Positions 37,860-52,208 of a stretch of DNA of 64,000 nt are shown here, piece by piece. Every line of letters starts with the position of its first letter. Within the stretch, counting starts at the first letter, position 1. Under the pieces are notes generated by a model. It was not told where the DNA came from. It worked only from the letters and a program-made list of their open reading frames with translations, and did no database searches. The stretch covers positions 4,526,001 to 4,590,000 of the forward strand of contig NC_089435.1 of NCBI RefSeq assembly GCF_026210795.1, given 5' to 3'. Source of the DNA: Rhizophagus irregularis (Eukaryota). The position numbers and the translations under genes are program-made.

Positions 37860-40800
37860 GATAATATGAAATGTAGTTCAATATAAAGTGATTCTCATAT
37901 TTCAGTTCTTGAATTTTTCTTATATTTTACAAAAAAATTTGATTATCTTTTAAGAACCTATTTATTCAAAATGATACGGACGTTTAAATTAACTTTAGAG
38001 AAAAGCGAATCAAAGAATGATTAATGTAATATAAAGAAAAATATATAGATTCATAAAATATGCAACAAAATTGTTTAAATGCATAAATTATTTATTATAG
38101 AAAATTTCAGCTAATAAAATTATCTAATTTAAAATTGATCAATGTCACCTGCTGTCTCCTCAAGTATACTATTATAAATAATAATGAGTAACCGATATTT
38201 ACACTCCTATTGAAGTCAAAGCTAAACTTGGCGGCATCACAGCTTTTACCTATCACCAAAATGATTCTAAATCTACCCTCACGAAGAGCCTTAAAAAACC
38301 CGTAATTGATTTTGTACCCTCTTTCAAGATAGTTTGGACTTCAGGTTAAAAAGGTGAAGAATTTGCATGGAGATTAAGCGAATTAAATGATAAAAGATTG
38401 TACTTGTTGATATTACTTGAAAGGAAGACAACATCACCAAACTGGATAATTAAAAACTGACCATCAACCATTATAACATAATTATCAAAAGTTTGTTTGA
38501 TAAAGCTACTTCAAAAATATTTTACTATATGCAACCATTGACAACTATGAAATTTAAATTATTTGGATCTAAGAATATATAAATTAGTGAATGTTCTCAT
38601 ATAAATATTCCTTTTGATTAACAAAAAATCAATCAATCTTACTTGATTTCTTAAAATTTGCAAAAACACCAGCGTGAAAAAATAAAAATAATTTCATGTT
38701 GCTTTATCAACAGGTTTTCGTCCAAAGTGATTACCTTTGCCAATAATTATCTGCAGAATTAAACGTGTATTTCTGGAGTGACGATGATAAGGCATTTAAT
38801 CACTGTATGGAGGATATAATTTTAAAGCTTTCAAACGTGGAAACCATGACCGATGTAACGAAGCGACGTGTTGTGAATTTATTCCAACAATATTACACGC
38901 ATCAATCGCCATCACTAAAAACTTACTTCTCAAGATATTCTTATAGTGTTGCGGAAGGATATTTCAGGAGATGATTCAACCGGTCGAGTTGACTATGCAA
39001 TCAAAGCTCTAGAAGACCTCTGAAGGAAAATCTCATAATATTAAGATTGGATATGCGCAAGTAAGTCTACTATTTAGACTCGCGTTTTTAGAAGATTCAA
39101 TAATATTAACGCATTTTATTCCTTAGAATCTGGCACAACTTGAAAGTGCATTCCAAACAAATAAGAAAAAACGGACCGAACAAATAATTGTGTATATTAG
39201 TCCACTATGACCCAACTTCATTGAATAATTCACATTCTTGTATAAAATTTGTCAATCACTCAATAAAATTCGTATAATCCGCCTAATCCATTTTTCCCGG
39301 CTCTATAGATGTACAAATCAAAGCAGGTATATTACTCTTGTCATTTTGGCCTTTGCAAGAAAATATGAATAAAATGTCTATAAATTTAGCGTTTTTTACT
39401 TCATAATTATGATTGATTATCTATCACGTGCTATAAATTTGGAAACTGTGGGTAGCTTTTCTGTTCTATTTTCTTTTTTTTTTTACGAAGGGTGATCCCC
39501 TTACATGGGGAACACGTCTGTTAACTTACTTTAGTTAGTTATTCTTACTATGTATTTTTACCTCTAGTATTTTTCCTACACAAAGTTAGTCCATATTTCA
39601 CTCTTGAAGAATAAAATAAATAAAAAACTACAATACAAGCGTAAGTTTACAGAATACCGGAATGACAGACAGTACATTAGTTGCAAAAGATTTCTATTCG
39701 TATTTTGGTGGCATAGATTCACTTCAGAATACGTGACAATACTAAATTTCGTAACATTTCTGTGGGATATTTGAAGCGAGACAATTTTTTAGGAACGATA
39801 AGATAGATTTTTATTTATGAGAAAGGAGAGAAAGATGAAGGAGAGGATAACTACAGAGAAAACGTTAAGCATGACGAAACAGAAGACACGATCTGTCAAC
39901 TAACTTCATTCACAATAATATACTTAATCATTTAAAGAAAGAAACAAATAATTTAGAAGAAAACGAAAATGACAACGACGAGCAAAATGAGGCCAAATCA
40001 AGTACACATAATAACAGCAATACACAAACAAATAATTTGCTGTGTTATCTTATCAAATTTCTCTTCACGCTTAATACTCACAAAGATTGGAAAATGGATG
40101 GTATAAACTTAAGCAATAACCTAAGGGGGATTGGTATAATTAAACGCGGCCATTTTGACCTCTCAGATACGGATTATACATCACAAATAAGTGATAAGCA
40201 TTGGATGAAGTCATAATCCCATTTTTATCAAAAGTTGAAGGATGGCGAAAAAAAGCTGATAAATATGTTTGGTGAAGAAAACAAAGGATGCTCTTAAAAC
40301 CAGTCATTTTGGCGAGAAGTAAAAGAGTTTTTGCAAAGCAAAATGGGTTCGAGAATGATGAGTTTACTGGAGAATCACCGCTTCTTTTCGATATAACTTC
40401 AATAAAATTACTCTGTGATGGTTATGTAGATTTATTTTTTTCACATGGCAATTAGCTACTTATCAGGATTGGCTAACAATATTCATGGACAAGATGACAG
40501 ATCATCTAGAAAAAGGAGATTGGAAGCTGATGAAAAGAGCCTTTGTCGCCTCAAAAATTATTAATAAAAATTTAGACAACGAATGTTATATGAGTGGACT
40601 GGGTTGCTGTGATTGCATGTGACTTGGTGTATTAATTTATTTGGAAGTCCAAAAGTGCTTCGTAAATAAATGCTTTCTTGACAAAGGAGAAATTCATTCA
40701 CCTGTCAAGGCAGAAATTCATTCTTTATAACTCAGATGGCAGCATATGTCTCCCATTTCGCAGTCTTTTCATTGAAGGATGGGCCTGATTTGATCGTGTT

Positions 40801-41272
40801 TTGGATAGGCATTGTAGCTCAATTTTTAATAGTCAGTATAGTTGGACATGTGCCGCTTCCTATTTGTGAAATAGATTGACTAGAATAATCTTAAAGTAAA
40901 ATAAATAAATAAGTAAGTAGACGCGTTTTTTCATGGTTTTTATTTTAATATTTTAGTTAAATGAAACAAGTCTTAAAGATTTATTTTTTCAATTTTATAG
41001 CGTAATTTCAGTATTTTGGTTAAATGAAATAAGTTTAGGAGGCTTAGGCTAAGTTCTTCAGCATATATAGAATTACCCAAATATTAGTTTTTTATCAAAA
41101 TATCTTAAAAGGTATGAACATTTTTGTGTAAAATCACTGTGCCACACGCAACTGGATTTTACCTTACAGCGTAATTTTGGCGCTTTTATTGGCCTTTGAA
41201 GATTAAGCAAACTCATTCCGCAGATGTAAAATTATTAGTATTTTTCAATTTTACTAAAAATTTTGTAAATAG

Positions 41273-41591
41273 TATTCTCCTAACTTTAAGCACCACTTTT
41301 TAAGGGAAAAAATTTTACTAAAATTAGGGGTGGTGAATTTTTTTTGTATCGTATTCCTTAATTTTATTAGATTTATTTAAAACTTCACATATATTGGTTT
41401 GCTTTACGGTACATGAATAATTGAAGAAGTTATTCTTGCTAAAAATGAAAAATTATCAAATTATCAAATGTAAAATATAAAATATAATGAAAATTAATAA
41501 TAAAAATTTTCAAATTTAAGGTGGTACTTATAATTTCCCCAAAATTTCAGGTGGTACTTAAAATTGGGCGGTGCTTAAAATTGGGAGAATA
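41273..41591. mobile_element. degenerate MITE
   Basis: inverted ends TATTCTCCTAACTTTAAGCACC / GGTGCTTAAAATTGGGAGAATA. Confidence 0.65.
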
Positions 41592-42497
41592 TGTTATTAA
41601 ATTTAATAAAATGTAAAAGTGATATTTTTAAATGTTTTTATTGTAAAAGTAAATAAAATAAAATTTTTTATTATAATATTCTAAGAAAAAAATATCTTTT
41701 TTTGTCTTTAAAGATAAATGTTATAAGCCAATCAAAATTTAGAAGTATGCCACAAAATCACATAGAAGAAAATTTTGTTTGATGCTGATTACTTTGCCAA
41801 GAAAGAATTTTGATGTTTGTATAGTAAAGTAAATAAAAATATTACAAATATGACACTATGTTATATACAAAGTAATATTAATGATAATATAGCAGATATT
41901 CTAATACATAAATTTTATTATTTTAATAATGTTAATATAATTACAAATGTGTTTTACAAATTATTTAGTAAAGAAATTACAATTAAGAAAAATAAAATCA
42001 CTAAAAGAACTTCTTTATTTCTGAACTAAAATACATTTTAAAAAGTATTTTACAGCTTTTTAGTTCTTTAACAATATTATTATTATCTGCTGCAATCAAT
42101 ATTTCTTTTCAGAATAGATAATCATTATTTAGTTCTTAATTCCAATAATTTATAATTTTTGCATTTGATTTCAGATTTTTCAGTTTTTTCAATAGATAAA
42201 GCAAAATATATATTGTATAACAAAAGAATATAGATTGCCTACTAGTTATGAATTGTAAAATTCTATATTATTATTTAAAATATCAAGTAAAGTATATACC
42301 TTATAAGTCATTTCACCATTAGAATTGCAAATTGCTAATCTTTAATTAACCAAATTATTTGTAATATTTATCATAATATTTGAAGAATATACACTCCCCG
42401 GTAAAAAGTATCTGACTACCCTAAAAATTAAAAATCATAAAAAATTCAGTGGGCCCAACAATAAATTTATATTTATTTTAAAAGTTCGAGACATGAG

Positions 42498-42730
42498 TAA
42501 GGTTGCTTGCCGAAACCTAGGGGTTTAGGCAAGATGGCATTTCGCCGAAAAGCGAAATTCTGCCGAAACTATATTAAAGTTATATTAAAAACTGGTGAAA
42601 CTTTGGAGAAAGGTGAAACTGCCGAAACTTATTATAAATTCCAAGACTGCCAAAACTCTGCCAAAACTATAATAAATCTATAGTAAAATTTTGACGAAAC
42701 TAATCATAGGATTTTGAAGAGGCAACCTTA
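42498..42730. mobile_element. family B hAT MITE (opposite orientation to the 11544 copy)
   Basis: TAAGGTTGC...GCAACCTTA; perfect TSD GACATGAG. Confidence 0.92.
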
Positions 42731-42961
42731 GACATGAGACACTTTTTAAAAGTATTTTTTTAGTTTAATTATTAGTAAAAATTGACGGAAATTTTTAATT
42801 TTAAAAATGGCAAAATTCTTAACTTTTTAACTAAAGCAGTTACGGCCAAATGAATGCCAGAAATCAATTCTTTGACTAAAAAATAGCTTATGTTTAAAAA
42901 ATCAGAAAGGTTGGACTGGTAGTTGTCAAAAAATCCACCACTGAAGATTATAATTTTTATA

Positions 42962-43158
42962 CAGTGATACCTCTATAAGTGCACCCTCTATAAGTGCACG
43001 CACTATATAAATTCTCTTTAAGTGCACGGTGGATCTGATCCCAACTTATAAGAGCTCTTAATATTTTACTCTCTATAAATGCACACTCTCTCTAAGTGCA
43101 CATTCTACTATTTTTTTACTATGGTCCCAAGGGTGGTGCACTTAGAGAGGTGTTACTG
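42962..43158. mobile_element. short Tc1/mariner-type MITE
   Basis: TA|CAGTGATACCTCTATAAGTGCACC...GGTGCACTTAGAGAGGTGTTACTG|TA. Confidence 0.88.
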
Positions 43159-44764
43159 TATGTAAAAACAGTAAAATCACCATTTTTGCCAAATTTTAGT
43201 GATCTTCAGTAGTGGATTTTTTGACAACTACCAGTCCAACCTTTCTGATTTTTTAAACATAAGCTATTTTTTAGTCAAAGAATTGATTTCTGGCATTCAT
43301 TTGGCTGTAACTACTCTAGTTAAAAAGTTAAGAATTTTGCCATTTTTAAAATTAAAAATTTCTGCTAATTTTTACTAATAATTAAGCTAAAAAACACTTT
43401 TAAAAAGTGTCTCATGTCTCGAACTTTTAAAATAAATATAAATTTATTGTTGGGCCCACTGAATTTTTTATAATTTTATAATTTTTAGGGTGATTGGATA
43501 CTTTTTACCAGAAAGTGTACATTTTAGTGGTAAATTTTTAATGAGTAAATTTTTACTAAAACTTATAAAAGTTCTCTAGTATACTTAGTTTGAAATCATT
43601 TATTAATTTAACTACAAATTAGAAGTATACTTAGTTTAAGATCATTTATTAATTTAATTACAAATTAGATAAATAATAATATTTTCATTTATCATTATGT
43701 GCAATATATTCAATATATTTTAAAATGTTCTGAATATTTGAATCATTTAACAATTTTAGTATTTTCACTTTATGCTTTAAAATTTTTTTTTTTTATTAAT
43801 TTATTATAAATGTAATTTTGTCATATTATAACTATGCTTACTTATATATACTAAATTTATAAAAATGAAAAAAATAAAATATATATAAGAACTAAACATT
43901 ATGAGACATAATTACTTTTTCAAAGAAAAAGTTAACCTGTTATTTAAACTAGTACAGTCAACTCTCTTTATAGTCACACATTTGGGACAGTCCATATTTG
44001 GTGATTATAAAGAGATGTGACTATATAAAAAATTTCTTATATTTGTATATCATAATTCCGGCCAAAAATTAACATAATTTTAGCCAGAATTATACTTAAA
44101 ACTTTATTGTATCGTAACTTCGCCAATATTAATCGTAGAGAGATGATCTTACCGCCATTCGATTCGTCTTGATGAGACGGTTCTAATGGTATAAAATACG
44201 TCGAAATCCAATCACTAGATTAATTTCCGAAATTAAAAAAATATTAATGGTTTTTGTGTAATAACTCTGCCAATATTGATCCTAGAAAGACGATCTTACT
44301 ACCATTCGATTCGTCTTGATGAGACAAATCTAATGGTATAAGATACATCGAAATCCAATCACTAGATCAATTTCCGAAATTAAAAAATATTAAATGGTTT
44401 TTAAGTAATAACTCCGTCAATATTGATCACAGAGAGATGAGCTTACCACCATTCGATTCGTCTCGATGAGGCGATTCCAACGAGCTATAAATCGTCATTT
44501 TACAATCACTAGGTACCGAGAAATCTAGCAAAATGTTAAATGGCGCAGTAAACGTAAATCAAGAAATATAATAATGCCGATGTTTAACATTTTGTTGAAT
44601 AACTCGTCAGCCAGTGATCGGAAAAGGATAAAACTAAAAACTAACTCTCTCCCGTTCTGCTCACTTGACAATATTTACGAAAAAATAAAAAATTTTTTCG
44701 GAGTTTTTTATTACTTTTTCTTTATAATTTCTTTATTTTAGATAACTACTACGACACTTTACAA

Positions 44765-46261
44765 ATGGGTAAAGATAACAAAAAGAAAAATAACCAGTCT
44801 AACAAAGATACTACATCTAAACGTCCTGCCTCTAGCTCTCCAACTGGCAACGTTTCTGGTCAAGGTTCCTCTATGTCTGGCCCTTCGAACACTCCACCTT
44901 CGACCACCTCTACTAATAAACGTACCAGAGTCAGTGCTGAAGACTCTGTCATGGATGTTGATAAACCTCTCACGCCTCCTGGCCCTGTTGAGACAACTTC
45001 CGCTGAGATACCTTCTCAACCTGATACCTCCTCTCTTGATGCCTCTCAACACGCTCCTAACGATAAAGGCAAAAGCCCAGAAATTACTCCCGCCGTTTCC
45101 TTCCCTGAACGTGCTGCCTCCCCGGACGCGTCCCAAGCTGCAGTACAGTCTCAACCTACACTTTTTTACGCCTCGGCTGCTCCTAATGACGTCGAAGGCT
45201 TTTGGACTCACTTCGCTTCGAACCGCGACGCGTGCGACGCGGTTGATAGGCAACTTTCCTTGTTTCCCTCTTATGGTAGTCGTGCCACGTGTAGTGGTTC
45301 CAACGATTTGAAGAGGATCATCATCCACTTCCGAAAAAAGGATGATCTTGACAAAGCCACAGCTTCCGCTATGGATTCCTTGTTTGGCTTGCATTTCCAT
45401 GCATATGACCCCCAGGCTATTAAGGCAGACGAACACGCGCGTACCCTGGTGGTTACCGATATCCCCCTTTTTATAACTGACGCTCTTTTGCGTGGTACTT
45501 TTTCTCGTTACGGCAATATTACTTGCTGCCATACCCGTTTATCTAAACTTTATCGTACTGCATACATTACCTTTGAATCTACTGGTGCTTTACGGGACCT
45601 CGACTCTACCTGGGGCGTCCTTTGTGGAGGACATTGTTTGCGTATCTGCCCCGCTACCTTCTCACCTGACCAACGTGCTGAAAGACGCGCTTATGTCGCT
45701 TTACTTGCCGGTCTTCCGCGTGGTACTATAGCGGTCGATCTTGCTGAAATTGCCGATGAAATTTCCGCTAGATCTGTCAATGTTCCCTTCTCTATGAATT
45801 CCTACAATCCGAAACCTTACGCTTATTGCCATTTTGCCTCTGAAACGGCTATGGAAAACGCTAAATCTATTTCATGTGCCCTTAAGAAAGTTGGCCTTAC
45901 TTGGCATTCTCCGGATGAAGTTACTTCTCTTTGTCATCGATGTGGTCGCCCGAACTGTAACCCTGATCGATGTGGTTCTTCATCTAGACCTAATCGCCCT
46001 TCTCGCCCTTGGCAATCTAATGATAAATTACGTGCTTTATATAATAAGCATCTACCTCCTTCTCATCCTGCTAAACGACATAACCGTTTTGCCCGCCCTG
46101 ATAACAATAATGATGGACAAAGCCGTACCAATGCTTCTCGCCATCGTTCTAAATCCAGACCTAATAACCGACAACAATCTCGTTCTCGTTCTCAACATCG
46201 ACCATGGAATCGTGACAATCTTAACAACAACAATAATAATCAACGTCGTCGTATTCCCTGA
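44765..46261 (+). CDS. LINE ORF1 (RRM-like domains and Cys knuckle)
   Basis: RTLVVTDIPLF..FSRYGNI..TAYITF; LLAGLP..YAYCHF; CHRCGRPNC; RS-rich tail. Confidence 0.85.
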   Translation: MGKDNKKKNNQSNKDTTSKRPASSSPTGNVSGQGSSMSGPSNTPPSTTSTNKRTRVSAEDSVMDVDKPLTPPGPVETTSAEIPSQPDTSSLDASQHAPNDKGKSPEITPAVSFPERAASPDASQAAVQSQPTLFYASAAPNDVEGFWTHFASNRDACDAVDRQLSLFPSYGSRATCSGSNDLKRIIIHFRKKDDLDKATASAMDSLFGLHFHAYDPQAIKADEHARTLVVTDIPLFITDALLRGTFSRYGNITCCHTRLSKLYRTAYITFESTGALRDLDSTWGVLCGGHCLRICPATFSPDQRAERRAYVALLAGLPRGTIAVDLAEIADEISARSVNVPFSMNSYNPKPYAYCHFASETAMENAKSISCALKKVGLTWHSPDEVTSLCHRCGRPNCNPDRCGSSSRPNRPSRPWQSNDKLRALYNKHLPPSHPAKRHNRFARPDNNNDGQSRTNASRHRSKSRPNNRQQSRSRSQHRPWNRDNLNNNNNNQRRRIP

Positions 46262-46779
46262 TGCAAATGAACTTGATCACTATGCCTGATGGCATGGATG
46301 TTACATATCCTGCTCCTCCTACTGTGCTTACTGATTGGAAATCTATTGGTGCTGCTCTTGAAAAAGTAGTTGAAGAATTAGCCCTTCTTACCACACAATT
46401 TGCTTCTATGAACAGCCGCATCACTAATTTGGAATCTGCTATGGCTGCTCGTACTCCTATTCCTGGACCTTTTGTCGCTAAACCTTCTTCCTACATCCCT
46501 TCCTCTATGCAAGGATGGGATGATACAGTGAATCGAACTGATAATAATATCCTTGTTGATGTTAATTCTCCACCTTTGCAATCAACAAGTGGTTTTTCCC
46601 CGATTCCTCATTTTGCTCCCATCCCACCTTCCAACGTCACTCCTTCCTCCCCTATTGATATGGAACAGCGTCTCTCCTCTCTTTCTGATACTGTTGCCTC
46701 TTTGGCTGGTTCTATTAAAGAAGGAATCCAACAAAACAACCTCATCTTGGCTCGGCAACAAGGCCAAGCCAATCAATAA
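46261..46779 (+). CDS. ORF1 C-terminal segment or separate small ORF with coiled-coil-like stretches
   Basis: ATG overlaps the ORF1 stop (TGATG); heptad-like LEKVVEELALLTTQFASMNSRITNLE. Confidence 0.55.
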   Translation: MQMNLITMPDGMDVTYPAPPTVLTDWKSIGAALEKVVEELALLTTQFASMNSRITNLESAMAARTPIPGPFVAKPSSYIPSSMQGWDDTVNRTDNNILVDVNSPPLQSTSGFSPIPHFAPIPPSNVTPSSPIDMEQRLSSLSDTVASLAGSIKEGIQQNNLILARQQGQANQ

Positions 46780-46833
46780 TTGTTCTTTTTTTTTTTTCCC
46801 CCTTCTTTATTACCGATTTATCAGTGTGTAATA

Positions 46834-49800
46834 ATGATGGACAACAATAAACATAATTTTTCCCCTCACCCCTCTCCCCTTATTAAATTTGGTCAATTAA
46901 ATGTTAATGGTTTATGTTCCCCGGTTCGACAACAACATTTGCTTAATTTTTTTCTTCACTCCTCTTTTGGTGCTTTATCTATTAATGATACGCGTCTTTC
47001 CCCTTCAAATGCTAAATTTATTTTTAAAAATGAACACTCCCAACATCACTTTAAGTCCTATTGGGCTTGTTCATCTTCTTCTTCTCGCCCTCATGATGGT
47101 GTTGGTATTTTATTACGTAATCCCCTTCATAAACATGTTCAAACAATTGATCCTTGGAACGGTCGACTTCTTAAATTAGATTTGTTTTTTCATCAAACTA
47201 AAATTTCTATTATTTCTGTATATTATCCCCCTTCCGGCTCTGTTCATCAATCTATTTGCAATGATCTTATTGCCAAACTTCTTTCTTGGCTCGATTATGC
47301 CCGAGCTAATAATTATTTTGTAGTTATTCTTGGCGACTTCAATGCTGATGTAATCGCTCATTCTAATTATTCACCTAATCATTTTAAGCTTCTTCGCTTG
47401 CTTTCCTCTCGGTTTTTTACCGATCATCAAGCTCACTCCTCTACAAATGGTCCTGATCCCACTTTCTTTTATGATAATGGATCTTCTCGACTGGATTATA
47501 TTTGGTCTTCGCCTGGTTTTCCTGCCCCTGGTCTTTTTTCGCAAGTGGTTACTTGTCCGAATCTTTTTGATCGACCTTTCACCGACCACAAAGTTCTTAC
47601 AACTGTTTTTGACTTTAATTCTTGTTTGGCCATTTTGGCTAAATCTCGTCTTAAACAAAAAAAAGAAATGCGTACTATTTTTTCTTATGCTTCCACTTCA
47701 GTTGAACAATGGAATAATTTTACCGTTGAAGTAGATGATTCTCTTGGAGTTTATTTAGATAGCCATTATCGCCCTAATTCTGATTTCTCCTCCCTTTCTC
47801 TTGATCGTATGTGGCATGCATTGAAAGCTGCCATAATTAGTGCTGCAATTGAAACATTACCTTTTCAAAAAGTCTCTAATACACACCGACATTCGTACTC
47901 TCCTGAATTAACTAAACTTATTGCTATTAACAAGTTTTTAGATCGATTTTTATATCGCCTTACTACTCGTCGCTCTAATCGGCCCGCTCAGATTGTGCAA
48001 ATGACTGCTGCCTTGCCTTCCCATCTTGAGAACCTAGCTTCCTTACTTCCTGATTATTCAGTTCCTACCTATTCCACCACCCCTGCATCTGTATTTAAAT
48101 CGTTTTTACGATCACAGAAGAATTTAGTTTCTGCCTTTTTATCTACTAAATTCGCCCAACATCTTACGGACTCAGTGGAATATTATACTGCACTACGTGA
48201 CGAACACTTTTCGAACTCGCTCGGCACCTTTATCGATTCTGCCTTATCAGTAGAAAAACGTTCAATTGTTCTTGACCGTGTTCTGGTCGTTTTGGACTCA
48301 ACTCCTACTTTATTAACGGATCCTTCGGATATTAAACATGCAGCTGTTTCTCATTTCCAATCAATTGTTTCTCCTCCGTTGGTCCACTATTCTTCCATCA
48401 CTTCATTTCCCGCCCGATGGCAACAAGCTTACACTCCTCTTACAAATGTGTCTGCTTCATTATATGATCCTGTTTTGGCGCCTATTTCCCTACAAGAATG
48501 GTCTGCTGTGATTTCCTCCATGCCAAATAATAAAGCTTCCGGCCCTTCAAAAATTTCCTATGAGATGATTAAACACTTGTCCGGTGAAGCCTTGGATTTT
48601 TCTCTTTTACTTGCCAATACTTGCCTTTCTCGCGGTGATATTCCTGCTGACTGGCGTGAAGCCGTGGTTTATCCTATTCCTAAACCTCATGACTTTGATG
48701 CTCAACTTAAGAACACTCGACCTATTACCCTTCTGGAAACAGTTCGAAAATGTGTAGTTAAGGTCGTCACGAATCGTCTTTCCAACATCCTTGCTGATAG
48801 TAAAATTCTTCAAGGTGGTAATTTTGCTGGTTTACCTGGTGGTTCTACTGATGTCCCTATCAAAATGCTGGATGCGATTATTCATCAACATAAACATGAC
48901 TCTACTGATGATCAGGAACTATGGATCGTTTCTCAAGATATCTCTAAAGCTTTTGATTCTATGGATTTAAATATGCTTAAATTAGCTTTAGATAGGTTAC
49001 ATATCCCTGCACTTTTAGTGCGATTTATTTTAAATCTTTTTACACGACGAAATAATAAGATAATTACTTGTCATGGCGATACAGCTGCTTACAGAGTACG
49101 TGTTGGTATCGATCAGGAGAAATCATTTCCCCTCTTCTTTGGGTTATTTATTTGGATCCTTTACTTACTGTTTTGAATCAACAAGCACGAGATCCCTTTA
49201 TTTTAAAATCTTCAGCCCTTTTAAATTATTCTCCACTTGAATTTGAACAACATTCTTTACCGGTTTCACATTTAACGTTTATGGATGATTCTACACTCAT
49301 TGCTTCTTCAAAATCTGGCATAGAAGACCGTCTTTCTATTACTGCTGAATTTTATACTTTAAATAATGTTCAAGCTAATTCTGCGAAATATGTTCTCCTT
49401 TCATCCTCTTCCCCCTCCTCGAAGATTATTTTTGATCTTTCCCCTTCTCCTTTAGTTCCCATTCCTTTCCTTTCCCTTTCTTCTTTATCTGTTAAAACTT
49501 CGTTTCGTTTTTTAGGAGTATGGTTTTCTTTATCTGCCTCTTCTGCTTTTGTTCTCAGACAAGTGCGCTCCATGGTTAAAGATATGGCAGCTCTCCTGGG
49601 ACCGAAGAAATTATTAGCACAGCATGTGGCCTATCTTTATAATGCTGTCCTTCTTCCGCGATTGGAATTTCGCCTTCAAACTACCCTTTTTTCTGAAAGT
49701 ACTATTCAAACAATTGTCAAGCCTATGTTTTCGGTACTTCGAAGAAAAGCTGGTCTTGCTGCAACTACCCCGTTACCTTTATTATTCCTCAAACTCCCCT

Positions 49801-52208
49801 TTTCTATTCAAAATGCTTTTTATCGCTTTCTTTCTTCCCATATTGCATCTTGGCAAAAAATCTTCACTCACCCTGATTTCAAAAATTTTGCCCTTTATGC
49901 TATCTCCTATCTTCAAGGATATTTGGGTGCTGAGAGTTGCCCGACTACTATCAACTTAGAACCATGGTCACAAATCGTTTCTTTGCGAACGCACACTTTG
50001 TTTAATTCGTTATTGTTTTCTTCGCGTTTGAACATCACGTGGTCTCTTTCCTTCCGGCCTCCGAGGCGTGATCTACAACCTGCTTTGCCACTTCGATCTA
50101 TTCTACCTCATTCCATCTTTCAATCAAGTTGGAAACTTTGGAAAAACCTGAATATATTTGTGCTTGCTCAGTTGGTTTCTCCTTGTGGACGTTATCTTAT
50201 GAATTGGCCTGACCTTCGTTATCTTGGCATCGTTGGTCGTAAAGGACGGATTCCTAATTGGTTTACTTTTATCAATAATAATTTTCTTTCTTCTTTTTCT
50301 TCTACTTTACTTTTATCTTCATATTTTATTAATTCTTCTTTTACTTTAGTTTCTCCTTGTTTATTAGATCATACTGTTAAAGATTATTCTTTTTATCCTC
50401 AATGGGCTATTAATCTTGACTCTGCTACCCAAACTTTATCTGTTGGTCGTGTGTGTATCACCTACAAGAAACAAAACTCGGCTATTATGTCGCATTGGCT
50501 TCCTGTATCTCCCTCGGCTGATGAACGATCCTATAACCCTTGTCCTGGTTGTGCTCTTAACATTCCTGCCTTATCCAAGAAATCTGCTATCAAACAACGT
50601 TGTAATAGTGAGAAGTGTTTTTTCAATATCACCCTGTCGGAAACTGTGGGTTACCCTACTAGAAACGCCAAAGTTTTTGCGGCCTACCTCCCCATCACTC
50701 TTTCTACTTCATGGAGTTATGCCACGTCCTTGGCTCTTGTTCATTTGATGAACCCGCCCTCAACCGCTTCTTTCACCTTTTCTCCTTCTGTTAAGGACCA
50801 TTTAGATGATGATGTTTTGCCGTCTTCTGTGCAATCTTTGTATACCGATGGCTCTTTCCGTCCTGCCAATGATTCTTTATCCTCTTCCATGGCTTCTGCT
50901 TGGATTGCTCTCGATGATGATGGATTTATCCTTGAATCTTCATCCATGCATCTTCCCTCTTGTTTCCCTTCGGCTTTACGTTCTGAAATTTATGCTGTCT
51001 TATTAGGATTGACCGCCCTCTCCCGTGATTCTTCAATTTCTATCTATACTGATTGTAGTCAGTTAATTTCATTATGGACACGTTTTGTTGATGTTCCTTT
51101 CTCACCGAAGTTGCTTCGAGAACCTAATCATCTTCTTTGGTTTTCTATTCGACAACTTATTATGGATCGTAACCTCCATGTCGATTTGATTAAAGTCCCT
51201 GCTCATGGCGATGACATTTATAATGAACAAGCGGATTCTTTGGCAAAAGATGCTCATTCATCTATACAACCTTCTGTTTCGCCTTTGGCATTTTGTCACG
51301 CTCCATGCTTGTTAACTTTTAATTCTTTACCTGTTGACATGAATATTCGTCACTTTCTTCGCTCTATAGCAGACGCTCATGCTCTTTTATCTTTTTGTTC
51401 ATTGGCACGTTTTACTGCTCTTGGTTCTCCTTCACTTTTTGATTGGGCTGGTATATATTTTTGCCTTTCACAAATCAAAGGTTTTGCTTCACATAAGAAT
51501 GGTCGTCCGGAATTCTGGATCTTCCGTATCAAACTCCTTTTGGATATGTTGCCTACCTTAACTACTCTTTAACAACGCAAACCTTACTTATACTCTCCTG
51601 ACTGGCTTTGTCTGCAGTGTAACTCTGCTCCAGAAGATTTGAATCATCTTTGGACTTGTCCTTATATTTTACCGGAATTAAATCCTTGTTTAACACACCG
51701 GTCTGAAGTCATTAAATTTAGAGATTCTTGTTTATCTTCCTTTCTATCCTTGAAATCTTTGGATATTTCTTTTCAAACTGAATTCTTTGCTTTGGAATGT
51801 TGGAACTATGAAGCTCCTTCTTTATCCTGTCTTTGGCTTACTCGAGGATTGTTGCCTGCACATTTAACGACATTTTTGAATCAACATTTCTCTCTTTCTG
51901 TTATATATAAGACTATTTCTCCCCTTCTTAATGACTTCCAAGTCGAATTATATGGTGAAATTTGGCTATGCCGGAATGTTCTTTTTCATGCTTGGGAAGA
52001 GTCGCAGGGTATCTCGGCTGCTTCCAAATTACGTGGCCCTTCTACAAATTCTTCTTCTAATACTATCTCTCCTCATCATCACGACTCCTCTTTGGCGACA
52101 GTTTCTCAGGGATTCCTGGATTTCTTGGATATCCTCTTCTATAATTCGGGGTGGATCATAGATCTCGCACCTGGATTTTCTGCGCCGCTTAACAGTTCAA
52201 CCTCTTAG
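46834..52208 (+). pseudogene. LINE ORF2 (AP endonuclease, reverse transcriptase, RNase H, C-terminal Zn motif), with frameshift and nonsense lesions
   Basis: APE: NVNG, GDFN, SRLDYIW, TDH. RT: KASGP, RPITLLE, DISKAFD, GIDQ/GEIISPLL (frameshift ~49118), FMDD. RNase H: YTDGS, RSE, YTDC, VPAH..NEQAD. TAA at 51570, then CLQC..DLNHLWTC. Confidence 0.93.

Larger units (their letters stand above)
42392..43517. mobile_element. Tc1-like foldback MITE with ~300-bp inverted arms, carrying two insertions
   Basis: TA|CACTCCCCGGTAAAAAGTATC...GATACTTTTTACCAGAAAGTG|TA; arms share AATTCAGTGGGCCCAACAATAAATTTAT etc. in inverted orientation. Confidence 0.88.

Noticed and set aside
38200..40900. coding-like fragments including ORF 38765..38974
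   Set aside because: Probably decayed pseudogene(s), but too many stops to assign a family or boundaries.
44759..51561. antisense and alternative-frame ORFs over the LINE
   Set aside because: Shadows of ORF1/ORF2 with no motifs.
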